Below, piece after piece: positions 61,501-64,000 of a stretch of 64,000 nt of DNA (position 1 is its first letter; each line of letters opens with the position of its first letter). Location: contig NC_086108.1 of assembly GCF_963921235.1 (NCBI RefSeq), forward strand, positions 49,726,001 through 49,790,000, read 5' to 3'. Position numbers and translations under genes: made by a program. This DNA comes from Mobula hypostoma. Lineage: Eukaryota. The notes below the pieces were generated by a model. That model was not told the DNA's origin and made no database searches. It saw only the letters and a program-made list of their open reading frames with translations.

Positions 61501-62712
61501 GGAGATGTCCAAAGTTGCTTGGAAGTGGACACTAGCAGGAATGATGGCAGAGCAGCAAGTGGCTGGAGTTTTCGGGAGCATTCAGGAGGTGCAGGATAGT
61601 TTCATCTCAAACAAAAAGAAATATTCTAAAGGCAGGATGACACAACCATGCCTGACAAGGGAAGTCAAAGCCAACATAAACACAAAAGAGGGGGCATATA
61701 TAGAGCAACAATTCGTGGGAAGTTAGCGGATTGGGAAGCTTTTAAAAACTAACTGAAGGCAACTAAAAAAGGAATAAGAAAATTTGCATATATCATCCCA
61801 CTCTTCAAGAAAGGAAGGAGGCAGAAGAAAGGAGATTATATTATAGGCCAACTAACCTGACCTCCATGGTTTGGAAGATGTTGGAGTCCATTGTTAAGGA
61901 TGAGGTCTCAGAGTACTTGGAGGCACATGGTAAAACAGACCAAAGTCAGCATAGTTTTCGTAAGGGAAAATCTTGTCTGACAAATCTGTTGGAATTCTTT
62001 GAGGAATTAACAAACAGGATAGACAAAGGAGAATCGGTGGATGTTGTGTACTTGAATTTTCAGAAGGTGTTTGCCAAGGTACTGTACATGAGGCTACCTA
62101 GCAACATAACAGCCCATGGTATTACAGGAAAGATACAAGCAATGACAGAGTGTTGGCTGATTGGCAGAAGGCAATGTGTGGGAATAAAGGGAACCTTTTC
62201 TGATTGGCTTCTGGTGACTGGTGGTGGTCCGCAGGGACTGGTGTTGGGACGGCTTCTTTTTACATTGTATGTCAATGATTTGAATTACAGAATTGATGGC
62301 TTTGTCTAAGAAAGAATGTATTGACATTGGAGAGGGTTCAAAGGAGGTGCATGAAAATGATTCCGGGAATGAAAGGCTTATCATATGAGGAGTGTTTGAC
62401 GGCTCTGGGCCTGTACTCGATGGAATTTCGAACAATGAAGGGAGATCCCATTAAAACCTGTCGGATGTTGAAAGGCCTAGATATAGTGCATGTGGAGGGG
62501 ATATTTCCTATAGGGGGGATGTCTAGAACCAGTGGGGAAAAACTCAAAATAGAGGGACATCTGTTTAGAATGGAGACTATGAGGAATTTCTTTAGCCAGA
62601 TGTGGTGAATCTGTGGTATTTGTTACCACATGCGGCTGTGGAGGTCAGGTCACTGGATATATTTCAGACGCAGGTTGATAGATTTTTGATAAGTCAGGGC
62701 ATAGAAGGAGAT
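58600..62712 (+). mobile_element. Degenerate CR1 with 5' monomers, ORF1 and internally deleted ORF2
   Basis: VVMGDSIG, CLPDARVRD..LHIGTNH; MLYLNICSIWNK; QHSFRKGKSCLTNLLEFFEE; LERVQRR. Confidence 0.85.
60215..60873 (+). mobile_element. Non-coding non-autonomous retroelement inserted into the CR1 endonuclease
   Basis: Splits the CR1 GI/TE codons (GGCATCA|CTGAG) with an ATCA duplication; 5' AAGATGGCAGCG CpG-rich head; 3' ATGACAATAAA and (TCTAA)n tail as at 35040-35082. Confidence 0.8.
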
Positions 62713-63016
62713 AAGTTATTAGCTTCAAACTTTCTGCATAATCACTCAAAGAGATGAACTGCATGTGCATGTAACGAGAGCTGTATAACTCATCTCTTTC
62801 CCCCTTAGGCTACGAACTTATCAATCACCCCTGCTGTGGAGCACTTTCTGGAGGTCCAAGACACCGACTTCTACAAAGAAGGGATCCGTATGCTCCACGA
62901 CCGCTGGACTAAGTGTGTAAATGTAGGAGGGGACTATGTTGAAAAATAAATGTGCTAGGTTTTTAAAAATTGACTCCTTCTACCTTAGGCCACAAACTTA
63001 TCAATCACCCATCGTA
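62712..63016 (+). mobile_element. Mariner-family transposon remnant
   Basis: EHFLEVQDTDFYKEGIRMLHDRWTKCVNVGGDYVEK* is a mariner transposase C-terminus; terminal ACTTATCAATCACCCATCG+TA. Confidence 0.85.
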
Positions 63017-63564
63017 CTTGCCTGAATTTCTTGCTGTGTGTTTGCTCCTAACAACTCAGACATTTCTTTCCATGTTGTTTGTCTAAATATAACGGGAAAT
63101 CATTAGTATTGATCTGAATATATAATGTTTTCTGAGGGCATTGCCTTCATGTGCTGTGAGTCTTGTATGCGTGACAGGGAGAAACATGGAGATGTACAGC
63201 ATAGACGGAGACCATTTGTCCCTTCCTGTCAATGCTCATGGACTTGAGCTTCAAGAGACAAAAGTTATAAGTGGGAAAATGAGAAAGAATCAAGTGATTT
63301 TTTCACTGATTTTTTTTTAATGTTGTCTGTCCTCACCTTCTGATGTGTGTAGGTGCATTTATCTAATTTCTCTATTACATGAGTAACCAGCAGGAAATAT
63401 ATTCTATTGCAAAATTTTCCTTACTTCACAGATTAGGTAGTTAATCAAGATTCTGTCTGTTGCTTTTTAACAATTTCAAAGCGAAGCCTTCAGTATCCTT
63501 CTTCAAACAAAATCATCGGAAAAGATCTGCAGACTGGTTACGTTGAATTACATAACAATAATGA

Positions 63565-64000
63565 CTGTGAACCATCAGAAACCATAGCTTATAACTCTCC
63601 CTGCAGACTTCAAAGCAGTCACCATCATTCCAGTGCCCAGGAGAGTAACGATAACTGGCCTAAACGATTAGTGTTCAGTGGCACTGAATGCTTTGAGCAG
63701 CTGATAATGGATAACACAAAATACCACCTTCCAGCTACAGTACATTAGACCTTTCCAGTTTGTTTACCACTCAAAATGGTCCATTGATGACCATGGAGAG
63801 CCTTGGCTCTCCACTCTGTCCTGTCTCACCTAGAAAACGATGCCTCATACACCAGGATGCTGTTCATCGGCTTCAGGCCAATGTTTAACATGATCATCCC
63901 TCAGAAGCAGGTGAGTAAACTGTCCTCATTGGGACATAACACCCCTCTCTGCAACTGGATTTTGGACTTCTTAATGGAACAACCCCATCAGTCCAAGTTG
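63565..64000 (+). mobile_element. Degenerate Rex1/Babar RT, running off the window end
   Basis: FKAVTIIPVP, LALHSVLSHLENDASYTRMLFI and LCNWILDFL; homologous to 3200-3600 on minus. Confidence 0.8.

Overview
Eukaryotic, repeat-saturated DNA, either intronic or intergenic. The repeat mix suggests a vertebrate, most likely a cartilaginous fish (inference): abundant CR1, Rex1/Babar and Penelope elements, plus L1, RTE, I/Nimb-type, chromoviral Gypsy, hAT, Tigger and mariner. No host protein-coding exon, rRNA, true tRNA or CRISPR array can be supported. Every recognisable ORF is transposon-derived and disrupted. Positions ~35.6-55.3 kb form one deeply nested insertion stack. The most interesting signal is a family of short Penelope-derived fold-back (inverted-repeat) insertions with 12-16 bp target-site duplications (TSDs). 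Each carries a minimal hammerhead ribozyme core, and the inversion or truncation points repeatedly map to the ribozyme itself. Other highlights: a full-length RNase H-containing Nimb/I-type LINE with an exact 12-bp TSD; CR1 elements with tandem 5' monomers, an SGNH-esterase ORF1 and conserved splice-like signals before ORF1; and a hAT MITE that has captured a Tigger end. Boundaries not anchored by a TSD or terminal inverted repeat (TIR) are approximate.
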